Below are positions 56,415 through 64,000 of a stretch of 64,000 nucleotides of DNA, piece by piece. The stretch spans positions 97,932-161,931 of the forward strand of contig DAIDHS010000001.1 of NCBI GenBank assembly GCA_027451985.1, read 5' to 3'. The DNA comes from Elusimicrobiota bacterium. Its GTDB lineage: Bacteria; Elusimicrobiota; Elusimicrobia; UBA1565; UBA9628. The notes under the pieces were generated by a model. That model ran no database searches. It was not told the origin of the DNA and saw only the letters and a program-made list of their open reading frames with translations. The position numbers and the translations under genes are program-made. Every line of letters begins with the position of its first letter. Position 1 is the stretch's first letter.

Positions 56415-56488
56415 GTCAGTGAACGATTTTTAGCCAGATGATTCTATCACATTCATTCCCGTAATGGCCGCCAGACCGGCCTTTTAGG

Positions 56489-56536
56489 TAGAATCCCTCC
56501 GCGCCGTCCGATAAGGGCGGGACAGGAGGGATTCTA
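56489..56536 (+). promoter_or_regulatory. 12-bp perfect inverted repeat TAGAATCCCTCC-N24-GGAGGGATTCTA overlapping the RBS and start codon of the small ORF; upstream GC hairpin plus T-tract at 56466-56488
   Basis: tagaatccctccgcgccgtccgataagggcgggacaggagggattctATG. The spacer has partial internal complementarity. ggccgccagaccggcc followed by ttttagg sits just upstream. Confidence 0.45.
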
Positions 56537-56832
56537 TGGCCGCCAATTCGCCGTGGTCGTGTTCGTTTTGCCAATCCGCCATCAGTTGGGATCAGCTCTT
56601 CACCTTCACCAAGGCGGGGGCGGCCCACATGGAGTGCTTCCGCAAGGACGCCCTGGGGCGCGGCAAAAGCCGGGAGGTCCTGGATATTCTTGAGTCCGAA
56701 CTCAAGATTCTGGTAGCCTACAAGAACGCGGCTAAAGCCGCGCCGGAAGGGGAACTTAAAACCCTCCTGGAGGCCAACGGCAAAGACGCCGAAAAGCACG
56801 CGGCCGTGCTGACCAAACATCTGGCCGCCTAA
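56536..56832 (+). CDS. hypothetical small protein with putative CxxC...HxxC zinc ribbon
   Basis: 98 aa. SCSFCQSAISWDQLF...AAHMECF. The C-terminal 50 aa are helical, K/A/E-rich. Preceded by a structured leader with a 12-bp perfect inverted repeat that covers the AGGAGG RBS and start codon. Confidence 0.4.
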   Translation: MAANSPWSCSFCQSAISWDQLFTFTKAGAAHMECFRKDALGRGKSREVLDILESELKILVAYKNAAKAAPEGELKTLLEANGKDAEKHAAVLTKHLAA

Positions 56833-56856
56833 GGCTTTCCGGAACGTCAGTCCGCA

Positions 56857-56885
56857 TGGAAAGCTCCAAGCGATCATGGTAGAAT
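56857..56885 (+). promoter_or_regulatory. sigma70-like promoter TGGAAA-N17-TAGAAT for tatA
   Basis: tggaaagctccaagcgatcatggtagaat, with a GAGGT RBS 36 nt downstream. Confidence 0.4.
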
Positions 56886-56921
56886 AATAAAGAGCCTCAA
56901 GGCTCAGGACGAGGTAAATAT

Positions 56922-57167
56922 ATGGGCGATATCAGCTTCGGCGAAATCATAGTTATTTTGGTGGTGGGCTTAATCCTTTTCGGCCCCAATAAAATCCCCG
57001 AGTTCGCGCGCCAGTGCGGACGGGCCGTCAATATGTTCAAGAAGGGGCTTAAAGAAGGCTTCGACGATGAGAGCAAGTCCGTTTCTCAGTCCGAGAAGAC
57101 CGATAAGGCTGAAAAGGCCGAAGGGAAGGAACAGGCCCCCGACACGAAAAGCCTGCCGCACCAGTAA
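56922..57167 (+). CDS. tatA: twin-arginine translocase TatA/E-type subunit
   Basis: 81 aa. MGDISFGEIIVILVVGLILFGPNKIPEFARQCGRAVNMFKKG gives the TatA TM, hinge FGP and amphipathic helix. GAGGT RBS. TGGAAA-N17-TAGAAT promoter upstream. Confidence 0.8.
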   Translation: MGDISFGEIIVILVVGLILFGPNKIPEFARQCGRAVNMFKKGLKEGFDDESKSVSQSEKTDKAEKAEGKEQAPDTKSLPHQ

Positions 57168-57182
57168 CGTCGGCTTTCCTGC

Positions 57183-57578
57183 ATGAGATCCGGCGCGGCG
57201 GTTGTTTTTACCGCCGGTTGCTTCAACCGCCTCCACCCGGCTCATGTGCTCATGCTTGAAGCCGCCAGATCTTACGGCAAGCGCCTGGTGGTCGTCCTGG
57301 CCCACGACAGCCATAACTGCAAACCCAACGCCGTACCCGCCAAGACGCGTTTGACGCGGCTTAAAAGTTTGGGCGTGGCCGACGCCGTCCTCGTGGGCCG
57401 GCCGGACAGCTTCGTGCGTTCGCTACGGCGGGTGAAGCCGGACGTCTTGGCCTTGGGCCACGATCAACGCCTGCCCGACCAGGACACGGCTCGGGAAATC
57501 CGCAAAATGAAAATCAGGGTGGTGGTCCTGCCGTGGTTCCCGGGTAAGGAGAAGACTCTTGAGTTTGCTGGTCGATAA
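57183..57578 (+). CDS. cytidylyltransferase-superfamily nucleotidyltransferase, RibL-like putative FMN adenylyltransferase
   Basis: 131 aa. VVFTAGCFNRLHPAHVLMLEAARSYGKRLVVVLAHDS ... KPDVLALGHDQ parallels the archaeal RibL pattern VVTAGTFDILHPGHYEIL...ELIVIVARDE ... KPDIIVLGPDQ. Lies between tatA and tatC and next to the rib genes. Confidence 0.45.
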   Translation: MRSGAAVVFTAGCFNRLHPAHVLMLEAARSYGKRLVVVLAHDSHNCKPNAVPAKTRLTRLKSLGVADAVLVGRPDSFVRSLRRVKPDVLALGHDQRLPDQDTAREIRKMKIRVVVLPWFPGKEKTLEFAGR

Positions 57579-58278
57579 AATCGCGCAGTCCGAATCGGTG
57601 TCGGATCTGCCCATGCCCTTCTCCGAGCACTTGAACGAACTGCGCCACCGCCTCATCAATATCGTCCTCATCCTCGCGACAGGCGCCGTGCTGGTGTTTT
57701 ATTTCTCCAACCGCATCCTCGACTACTTGGCCCGTCCAGTCGGAACGCTGGTGTTTATTTCCCCGCTGGAGGCCTTCCATTCCCGCATCGAGGTCGCCTT
57801 GGCGGGTGGGCTTGTACTCACCATGCCGCTCCTGCTCCGACAGATCTGGCTTTTTTTAGCGCCGGCCTTGAGCGTCGAGTGGCGCAAAACGGTGCTGCGC
57901 ATGCTTCCGCTGTCCTATTTCTTGTTCGCCGCAGGCGCGTCGCTCGGTTTTTTCGTGGTCATCCCCGCGACCTTGAAGTTCCTGCTCGCCTTTGGTACCC
58001 AAAGCGTCAAGCCCATGATGGCGCTGGGCGCCTATCTGGGCTTCGTGGTCAAGATGACCCTGGTCTTCGGCGCGGTGTTCCAGATGCCGCTTGTTTTTTA
58101 CGCGCTCAATCGGGCGGGCATTGTCGAGCGGGAGTCATTTGCGGGCTATCGCAAGGGCGTCTATTTCCTGTGTTTCGTGGCTGGAGCGTTCCTGAGCCCC
58201 GATGTATTCGCCCAATTCTGCATCGCGATTCCCTCCATCCTGCTCTTCGAGATTACGCTCCTGGCGATGCGGCGCTAG
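57559..58278 (+). CDS. tatC: twin-arginine translocase TatC subunit
   Basis: 239 aa. N-terminal FSEHLNELRHRLINIVLILATGAVLVFYF (the TatC HLxELRxRL motif). Six predicted TM helices. Confidence 0.85.
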   Translation: MSLLVDKIAQSESVSDLPMPFSEHLNELRHRLINIVLILATGAVLVFYFSNRILDYLARPVGTLVFISPLEAFHSRIEVALAGGLVLTMPLLLRQIWLFLAPALSVEWRKTVLRMLPLSYFLFAAGASLGFFVVIPATLKFLLAFGTQSVKPMMALGAYLGFVVKMTLVFGAVFQMPLVFYALNRAGIVERESFAGYRKGVYFLCFVAGAFLSPDVFAQFCIAIPSILLFEITLLAMRR

Positions 58279-58294
58279 GCTGCCCGCGCGACTC

Positions 58295-59533
58295 ATGCCA
58301 GAGACGGCTTCCGGCTTAAGGCGCTGGGATCGTCTCTACATTTTTCTGGCCGCGACCTATCTGGCGGAGGGCTTCTCCGGTGTGGCCTACGAACCGATTT
58401 CCTACCTGCTCAAGAACGATCTCCACCTCTCGGCCGGCCAGAGCGCGACGTTCGTGTGGTGGATGACCTTCCCGTTTCTGATCAAGCCGCTCTTCGGTTT
58501 TTTGAGCGACTTGATTCCAGTTGGACGCCTTCGCCGCAAGCCGCAGATTATGATCGCTGCGGGCGCGGCCGCGGCAGCGTGGGTGGCGCTTGCCCGCATG
58601 AGGCATTACGACTACGGCCTCGTCCTGTCGCTTCTCATTCTCGTTAATGTCGGCATGTGCTCGTCGGATGTGGTCTGCGAGGCGGTGATGGTGGAGCAGG
58701 GACAGAAGGATAAGGCGACGGGCGCCTATCAGGCCGTCAAAGTGGGGGCGCTCTACGCGGCCTTGGTCGCGACCGGAATCGGAGGAGGCTGGCTCTACGT
58801 CCACGTTCCTTTGCGCTTCATCTTCGGGCTGACCGCGCTTTTCCCGCTGATGATTTTCACCTCAGCAGCTTTTTCACGCGAGCGGGATTTCCGCGCCAGA
58901 GGAGCCGCGCGTCTCGCCATCCTAAAGCCCTTCTTCAAAGACCGCCGGTTCTGGGTCCTCGGCGTGGTCCTTTTTCTCTGGAGCTTCTACCCGTTTTTGG
59001 GCACGGCCCAGTTCTACTATCAAAACGACGTCCTGAAGTTCGGACCGGTGTTCATCGGATTTCTGACCACGCTCTCCGGCGTTTTGGGGGTCGCCGCGGC
59101 GGCTTTTTACGCGCGCGTCGCGGGCCGGGTGTGGAGCACGCGGTCCTTGGTCAAGGGCGCCGTCTTGTTCGGGTGTCCATTGAGCCTTTTGTTCGCTTTC
59201 TACGTGGGGCCGGCTTCGGCCATAGCCGTGACCGTGATCTGGGGTCTGGCCGGGGTTTTTTTCCGTCTCTCGCTGATGGACCTAGCTGCCCAGGTCTGCC
59301 CGCCTTACGCGGAGGCGACGGCCTTCGCGATCTTCATGGCCGCGTTCGATTTGGCCGAAGCCGGCTCGAACGCGGTCGGAGGCAAGCTCTACGATTGGCT
59401 GCGCGTTGAGTTCGCGTGGTCTTCGCACCCGGCCTACGCGGCGGTTCTGGGGCTGTGCGCCATCGGGGCGTGCTGCACGCTGTCGTGCTGGTGGCTCCTG
59501 CCGTATTTGGATTCCGACGCCGCGGCGGCGTAA
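58295..59533 (+). CDS. MFS-type transporter (track ORF start 58202 is likely an artefact; ATG at 58295 follows the tatC stop)
   Basis: ~412 aa from MPETASGLRRWDRLYIFLAATYLAEGFSGV. Twelve predicted hydrophobic helices. Early-loop motif GFLSDLIPVGRLRRKP is a D-R/K-x-G-R-R/K-like MFS signature. Confidence 0.65.
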   Translation: MPETASGLRRWDRLYIFLAATYLAEGFSGVAYEPISYLLKNDLHLSAGQSATFVWWMTFPFLIKPLFGFLSDLIPVGRLRRKPQIMIAAGAAAAAWVALARMRHYDYGLVLSLLILVNVGMCSSDVVCEAVMVEQGQKDKATGAYQAVKVGALYAALVATGIGGGWLYVHVPLRFIFGLTALFPLMIFTSAAFSRERDFRARGAARLAILKPFFKDRRFWVLGVVLFLWSFYPFLGTAQFYYQNDVLKFGPVFIGFLTTLSGVLGVAAAAFYARVAGRVWSTRSLVKGAVLFGCPLSLLFAFYVGPASAIAVTVIWGLAGVFFRLSLMDLAAQVCPPYAEATAFAIFMAAFDLAEAGSNAVGGKLYDWLRVEFAWSSHPAYAAVLGLCAIGACCTLSCWWLLPYLDSDAAAA

Positions 59534-59543
59534 AAGAAGCGCC

Positions 59544-61028
59544 CTAGCGGGCGAGCATCTTTTTGTAGGCGTTGAGGAGGATGCCCGTGGCGGAAGGCCC
59601 GATGGAATTGGTCTCCTCATAGTGATCTCCGGGCAGGCGCGGCAGCATCAGCCGCGTATTGGAAATCTTAAAGTCGTAGTTGGGCACGATGTAGCCGATT
59701 TCGTCGTTGGCCAAGCCCACGATGAGGCCGACCCGCGCGTGAAGTTCCTGGCGCAGATAGGGTCCCTTGGGCGCCTCGGCCAGATCGGGCGGGTTGGGGT
59801 TGTTGGGCTTGATCAGTGGGTGGCCGAAGCGGTAGCGGCCATGGTAGCCGCCGATGGCCAGTTCAGGGAAGAGTTCACCCGGCACACCCAGGATTTTAAC
59901 GGGCCCAAGCTTCACGAGGGCGATTTCCGTCTTGACGCGCGGCTCTTTGGCCTTGGGGAGCGGGAAAAACAGCAGTTGCTTGATGGGAATCCAATATTTC
60001 ATCCACCAAGGAAGCGGCTGGCCGTCCCTGCCGAAAATGCGGTGCCCGTAGGTGAGATGAGGGAGAAGAAGAAGGTAGCGCGAGTTCTCCACGGGAATCA
60101 TCAAAGTGCGGCTGGAGAAGGAAACGGACGCGGGCGTGATGGGCTTGGCCTTGTCGATGATGCGCAGGGCGTCGTCGGCGACCGTGGTCCCCACGCGGTT
60201 CATCTCCTTGATTTCCTGCGTCGGGCCGCCTTTGCGATCGACGTCCGGGGTTAAAAGTCCGCCGATGACGCCGCTTTGAAACACGCAGGCGCCGCCGGTC
60301 TTGCTCTCAACGGTGCGGCATAGGACGCCCGGGTAGTCGGCCGAAACTTCGTAGTTATCGTCCCACATGACCTCGGGATGGCAGGACCAGCGCACCAGGG
60401 TTCCGATGATCTTGGACGGCTGGGCCAAACTGCGGAACTGCAGGACATCCAATTCCGGATCGATGACGACGGGATCTCGGCTGTCGCGGCAAAGCCCCCG
60501 TGGGTTGACGTCGGTCTCGGCGGCGTAGAAGCGCGCGGGCTTGAGCTGCGTGTCCAGTGTTTTGACCAAATCCGCCACCGCGGCGATGACGCGGTGCATG
60601 TAGGGCTGGTTGACACCGGAGACGCCTGGGAAGCGCCCCCAGAGTCCCAAGGAGTCCGGAGTCGAATGGGAATGGGTGGCGGAGACGAACATATAACGGT
60701 CGGGTCCGGTCCAGCCGGCGTCGTGGCGCATGTCCAGGATGTCGCGACGGTAGAGGCCGATGGTATCGACGGCCACCAGCGCCACGGTCTTGTGGCCGTC
60801 CGAAACCAGCAGGGCGCGCGCGTAAAGATGACTTTGGATTCCTGTCGGCTTGCGGCCCGTGGCGCCAAAGCCGGCGAGCCAGACCGTTTCTTGGGCTAAG
60901 TTAGGCGTGATGTCCGTTTTGCCTGCGGCGACGAGCCAAACCGGGCGGGAAGCCGCCGCGGCGCCTGAAGCCAGCAGAAAGAAAGAAATGACGGACAATG
61001 GCAACGCAGCGTTAAATCGGTTTTTCAT
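59544..61028 (-). CDS. secreted neutral/alkaline ceramidase-family hydrolase (N-terminal domain)
   Basis: 494 aa. Signal peptide MKNRFNAALPLSVISFFLLASGAAAA. GKTDITPNLAQETVWLAGFG...HLYARALLVSDGHKTVALVAVDTIGLY resembles the neutral ceramidase GKADITG...MGY...RAFV core. HSHSTPD is metal-site-like. Confidence 0.5.
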   Translation of the reverse strand: MKNRFNAALPLSVISFFLLASGAAAASRPVWLVAAGKTDITPNLAQETVWLAGFGATGRKPTGIQSHLYARALLVSDGHKTVALVAVDTIGLYRRDILDMRHDAGWTGPDRYMFVSATHSHSTPDSLGLWGRFPGVSGVNQPYMHRVIAAVADLVKTLDTQLKPARFYAAETDVNPRGLCRDSRDPVVIDPELDVLQFRSLAQPSKIIGTLVRWSCHPEVMWDDNYEVSADYPGVLCRTVESKTGGACVFQSGVIGGLLTPDVDRKGGPTQEIKEMNRVGTTVADDALRIIDKAKPITPASVSFSSRTLMIPVENSRYLLLLPHLTYGHRIFGRDGQPLPWWMKYWIPIKQLLFFPLPKAKEPRVKTEIALVKLGPVKILGVPGELFPELAIGGYHGRYRFGHPLIKPNNPNPPDLAEAPKGPYLRQELHARVGLIVGLANDEIGYIVPNYDFKISNTRLMLPRLPGDHYEETNSIGPSATGILLNAYKKMLAR

Positions 61029-62638
61029 GAGGCTTGTCCCGTTGCCGCCGGCGCGGCCTCCAAAGCTTTGAGCGCGTCTTCGCGCATAAGTACGGTGTCG
61101 CGGGCGACGGCGGAGGTATTCGGATAGTCCAGAGTGCAGTGCAGCCCGCGGCTTTCCTTGCGCCGCATGGCGGAAACGACGACCGCGGCCGCGATTTCGG
61201 CCAAGTTGCGCAACTCGATGAGATCGGGCGTCAAGATGAAATCCCAGTAGTAGCGGTCGATTTCCTGCTTCAAGAGCCGCAATCGTCCCAAGGCGCGCTC
61301 AAGGCGCTTGTCCGTGCGCACGATGCCGACGTAGTTCCACATAAGCCGGCGGATCTCATCCCAGTTGTGGCTGATCATCACGGCCTCGTCCATGGGCTCG
61401 GCCCGGCCGGGGTTCCAGGCTGGCGGCTCGTAGGCTGAAAGCTCGGGTTTGCGGCCGCGCTCCTTGAGTTTGAGGAACACCCGATGGGCGAAGACGCAGC
61501 CTTCGAGCAAAGAGTTGGAGGCGAGACGATTGGCGCCGTGAAGCCCGGTGCAGGACGTCTCGCCCAAAGCGAAAAGACCGGGAATGCCCGTCTGCGCCCA
61601 CTCATCCACGCGCACGCCGCCGCAGAAGTAGTGCGCCGCGGGGACCACGGGGATGGGCTCCTTGGCCATGTCGATGCCAAGGGAGGAAAGCCGCTCGTAG
61701 ATGTGGGGAAAGCGCGAGGACAGGTACTCCCGGGGCTTGTGGGTCATGTCCAAATAGACGCAGTCGTCTCCCGTGCGCTTCATCTCGGCGTCGATGGCGC
61801 GGGCCACGATGTCCCGCGGGGCGAGTTCGCCTTGGGCGGAGTATTTCTTCATGAAGGCCGTGCCGTCCGAAAGTATGAGGCGCCCGCCCTCGCCGCGCAG
61901 CGCTTCGGAGAGCAGAAACGAGCGCGCCTTGGGGTGGTGGAGGCAGGTGGGGTGGAACTGCACGAACTCCATGTTGGAAAGCGCGGCGCCGGCCCTAAAA
62001 GCCATGGCCATGCCGTCGCCGGTGGCGATGTCGGGGTTGGTGGTGTAGAGGTAGACCTTGCCCGCTCCGCCCGAGGCCAGGACCACGGCCGAGGCCGTGA
62101 AGGCCTGGATGCGCGAGGTCTTGCGGTCCATGACGTAGGCGCCGCGGCAGCGGCCCTGCCCGTCTTGGATGAGATTGACCGCGATGTGGTTCTCGAAGAA
62201 TCGGATGTTTTTGTGCCCTCGACAGCTGGCCAGCACGGCGCGCTCGATCTCCCGGCCGGTCAGGTCGCCGCAATGCAGAATGCGGCGGTGCGAATGCCCG
62301 CCCTCGAGGCCCAAGTCGATGGCGGCGCCCTTTTTGGAGAAGCTTACGCCGATGTCCTGAAGCTCTCGGATGCGCTCCGGCGCTTCGGAGACGGTCAGCC
62401 GCACGATTTTTTCGTCGCAAAGGCCCGCGCCCGAGACGAGCGTGTCGCGCACGTGGCTCTCGAAGCTGTCCGTGGCCGCGGTCACCGCGGCGATGCCGCC
62501 CTGGGCGTAGTTGGTGTTGGACTCCGCGGCTTCCTTTTTGGTGACGATGGTGACGCTTCCAAGTTCGGCGAGCTTGAGCGCGCTTAAGAGCCCCGCGATG
62601 CCGCTGCCGACTACGAGGTAATCGGATTGTTGGCTCAT
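61025..62638 (-). CDS. nadB: L-aspartate oxidase (FAD-dependent; succinate dehydrogenase/fumarate reductase flavoprotein superfamily)
   Basis: 537 aa. DYLVVGSGIAGLLSALKLAELGSVTIVTKKEAAESNTNYAQGGIAAV is the FAD dinucleotide-binding fold. Length and RHSLMG-type active-site regions fit NadB better than SdhA. Confidence 0.75.
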   Translation of the reverse strand: MSQQSDYLVVGSGIAGLLSALKLAELGSVTIVTKKEAAESNTNYAQGGIAAVTAATDSFESHVRDTLVSGAGLCDEKIVRLTVSEAPERIRELQDIGVSFSKKGAAIDLGLEGGHSHRRILHCGDLTGREIERAVLASCRGHKNIRFFENHIAVNLIQDGQGRCRGAYVMDRKTSRIQAFTASAVVLASGGAGKVYLYTTNPDIATGDGMAMAFRAGAALSNMEFVQFHPTCLHHPKARSFLLSEALRGEGGRLILSDGTAFMKKYSAQGELAPRDIVARAIDAEMKRTGDDCVYLDMTHKPREYLSSRFPHIYERLSSLGIDMAKEPIPVVPAAHYFCGGVRVDEWAQTGIPGLFALGETSCTGLHGANRLASNSLLEGCVFAHRVFLKLKERGRKPELSAYEPPAWNPGRAEPMDEAVMISHNWDEIRRLMWNYVGIVRTDKRLERALGRLRLLKQEIDRYYWDFILTPDLIELRNLAEIAAAVVVSAMRRKESRGLHCTLDYPNTSAVARDTVLMREDALKALEAAPAATGQAS

Positions 62639-62682
62639 TTCCTTGCCTTCCCAAGGCGGGAATGATAAATTTTAACATATTT

Positions 62683-63201
62683 ATGATCCGCAGCTTTGAA
62701 AACCGCGCCCCTCGCGTCCATAAGAGCGCCTTTGTCCACGACGCCGCCGAGATCATCGGCGACGTGGTCGTGAGCGAAAAGGCGTCGGTTTGGCCGATGG
62801 CCGTCTTGCGCGGCGACGTGGGCAGCGTCCGCATTGGAGCGGAGAGCAACATTCAGGATGGCGCGGTCGTGCACTGCCGCAAGGAGCATCCGACCCGGCT
62901 GGGGCGCGGGGTGACGGTCGGCCACGGCGCCGTGGTTCACGGCGCGCGCGTGGGGGATTTTTGCCTCATCGGCATGGGCGCGGTCGTCATGGAGGCCGAA
63001 ATCGGGCGCGAATGCCTCGTCGCCGCGGGCGCGGTGGTCACGCCGGGGACTAAAATTCCGCCGCGCAGCCTGGTCCTGGGCTTGCCCGCCAAGGTGGCGC
63101 GCCGCCTCTCACCGGCGGAGCTTAAATCCCTGCGCCAAAGCGCCACGACCTACGTGGCCCTGGCGCGCCGGCACCGCGACACTTCGCATGTCCAGTTTTG
63201 A
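62683..63201 (+). CDS. gamma-carbonic-anhydrase-family left-handed beta-helix protein (YrdA/PaaY-like)
   Basis: Start MIRSFENRAPRVHKSAFVHDAAEIIGDVVV. Hexapeptide repeats VGHGAVVHGARVGDFCLIGMGAVVMEAEIGRECLVAAGAVV, with His residues positioned as in gamma-CA zinc ligands. Confidence 0.7.
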   Translation: MIRSFENRAPRVHKSAFVHDAAEIIGDVVVSEKASVWPMAVLRGDVGSVRIGAESNIQDGAVVHCRKEHPTRLGRGVTVGHGAVVHGARVGDFCLIGMGAVVMEAEIGRECLVAAGAVVTPGTKIPPRSLVLGLPAKVARRLSPAELKSLRQSATTYVALARRHRDTSHVQF

Positions 63202-63976
63202 GGCGGGGGCGGCCGGATTCGTCCTGGGCGCCGCCTGCGGAGCGGCCGGGGCCGCCGCCCTGGCGCTGGCCAACCGCCGCCGGCTGGGGCGCTTCCTGTC
63301 CTTCGCCGCGCACGAAATCAACACGCCATTGACCGCGGTCAACATGACCATCCTCAATTTCATCTCCGGCGCCTTGGGCCCCGTGGAGAAAACGCAGGAA
63401 CCGTGGCTCAAGATGCTGCGCGAGCAGGCCGAGCGTCTGGCCCTCATCGTGGGCGATTTGCGCGACTTCATCCACCTGCGGCTGCGCGACGGCCTCTCCA
63501 TGCATTCCGAAAGCGTCGATTTGACGCCGGTTCTGGAGGCCGCCGTTGAATCGGTGTCCTGGGGCTTCTCCCAGGCCGGGGTCGCCGTCCGCACCCGGGT
63601 GGATGCGGGGCTTCCCAAGGTCCTGGCCGACGCGGACAGGCTCCAGCGCGTCTTTGTGGATATTCTCTATCACTGCCGGAAGTTCCGTGATTCGGGGGGC
63701 ATCGATGTGGCCGCCGAGGCCGGGCTGGACGGGCGCATCCGCGTCGCCTTCGCATATGCGGGCGTGAAGTCCTCGGCGCGGGAGAGCGCCCTCGCGCTTG
63801 ATCTCTACTATCCGGCGCGCGTGCGCAAGGATCAGCTTTTAACTGCGACGGGCTTGGGACTGGGCGTTTTGAGGCTTTTCCTGCGCGAGCAGGGCGGGGA
63901 TTTGTCGGTGTCGAATCAGCCTGACGGCCGCTCCGTTATTACGGCGGACCTGTCGGCGGCAGGCGGGGGGAGATAA
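63188..63976 (+). CDS. compact sensor histidine kinase (TM + HisKA + HATPase_c)
   Basis: 262 aa. TM GFVLGAACGAAGAAALALA. H-box FAAHEINTPLTAVNM. G2 box TGLGLGVLRLFLREQGGDLSV. Confidence 0.75.
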   Translation: MSSFEAGAAGFVLGAACGAAGAAALALANRRRLGRFLSFAAHEINTPLTAVNMTILNFISGALGPVEKTQEPWLKMLREQAERLALIVGDLRDFIHLRLRDGLSMHSESVDLTPVLEAAVESVSWGFSQAGVAVRTRVDAGLPKVLADADRLQRVFVDILYHCRKFRDSGGIDVAAEAGLDGRIRVAFAYAGVKSSARESALALDLYYPARVRKDQLLTATGLGLGVLRLFLREQGGDLSVSNQPDGRSVITADLSAAGGGR

Positions 63977-64000
63977 ATGGCGGCGAAAATACTGATCGTG
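63977..64000 (+). CDS. start of a probable response-regulator gene (only 8 codons in window)
   Basis: The ATG follows the kinase stop directly. MAAKILIV is a typical receiver-domain N-terminus. Too short to confirm. Confidence 0.25.

Noticed and set aside
55212-56441. 409-aa plus-strand ORF mirroring ribBA, and similar mirror ORFs over gdhA (47667..48821), nadB (61484..62587) and purH/ligA
   Set aside because: These are antisense to genes with unambiguous enzyme signatures. They are artefacts.
56415-56535. FMN riboswitch (RFN element) expected upstream of ribBA on the minus strand
   Set aside because: I read the minus-strand leader and could not find the conserved RFN core segments. Only the 12-bp inverted repeat and a GC hairpin are present. 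It is reported as an unclassified structured element instead.

Overview
Description. This 64-kb window is high-GC (about 63-66%) bacterial DNA. Coding regions run almost edge to edge and nearly all intergenic space carries promoter-like or hairpin elements. I found no tRNA or rRNA gene, no CRISPR array and no transposase or integrase signature.

The window falls into three parts.

(1) 1-9627, minus strand. A tightly coupled gene string with ATGA start/stop overlaps: mnmA (partial), iscS, a lipoprotein, motB, motA, flbD, a proline-rich coiled-coil protein, an unusual chimeric protein carrying a FliF-type ring-building motif plus a FliG-like rotor domain plus C-terminal TPR repeats, and an outer-membrane beta-barrel/TPR protein. 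No other flagellar genes occur anywhere in the window.

(2) 9955-45272, plus strand. A run of secreted or membrane-anchored low-complexity proteins leads into two giant genes. The first is 2460 aa, with an N-terminal signal peptide and an embedded SecA-like DEAD motor ATPase. The second is 5277 aa, with a polytopic N-terminal membrane domain, roughly 4000 aa of Gln-rich helical sequence, a beta-rich central island and a C-terminal transmembrane anchor. A sensor histidine kinase and a LysM/FecR-domain protein follow on the same strand.

(3) 45274-64000. Ordinary housekeeping genes: CBM48 glucan-binding protein, gdhA, glycerate kinase (with an odd TPR fusion), purH, ligA, nusB-ribH-ribBA, tatA/tatC with a RibL-like nucleotidyltransferase between them, an MFS transporter, a ceramidase-like protein, nadB, a gamma-carbonic-anhydrase-like protein, a small histidine kinase, and the first codons of a probable response regulator.

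Hunt. The candidate undescribed system is the stator (MotAB/FlbD) plus chimeric rotor-like protein, sitting divergently next to the giant-protein locus with its SecA-like motor. I read this as a putative envelope-spanning machine, not a canonical flagellar locus. That reading is inference from domain architecture seen in translation; no database search was possible. Many long ORFs in the supplied six-frame track are antisense artefacts of the high GC content and were rejected.
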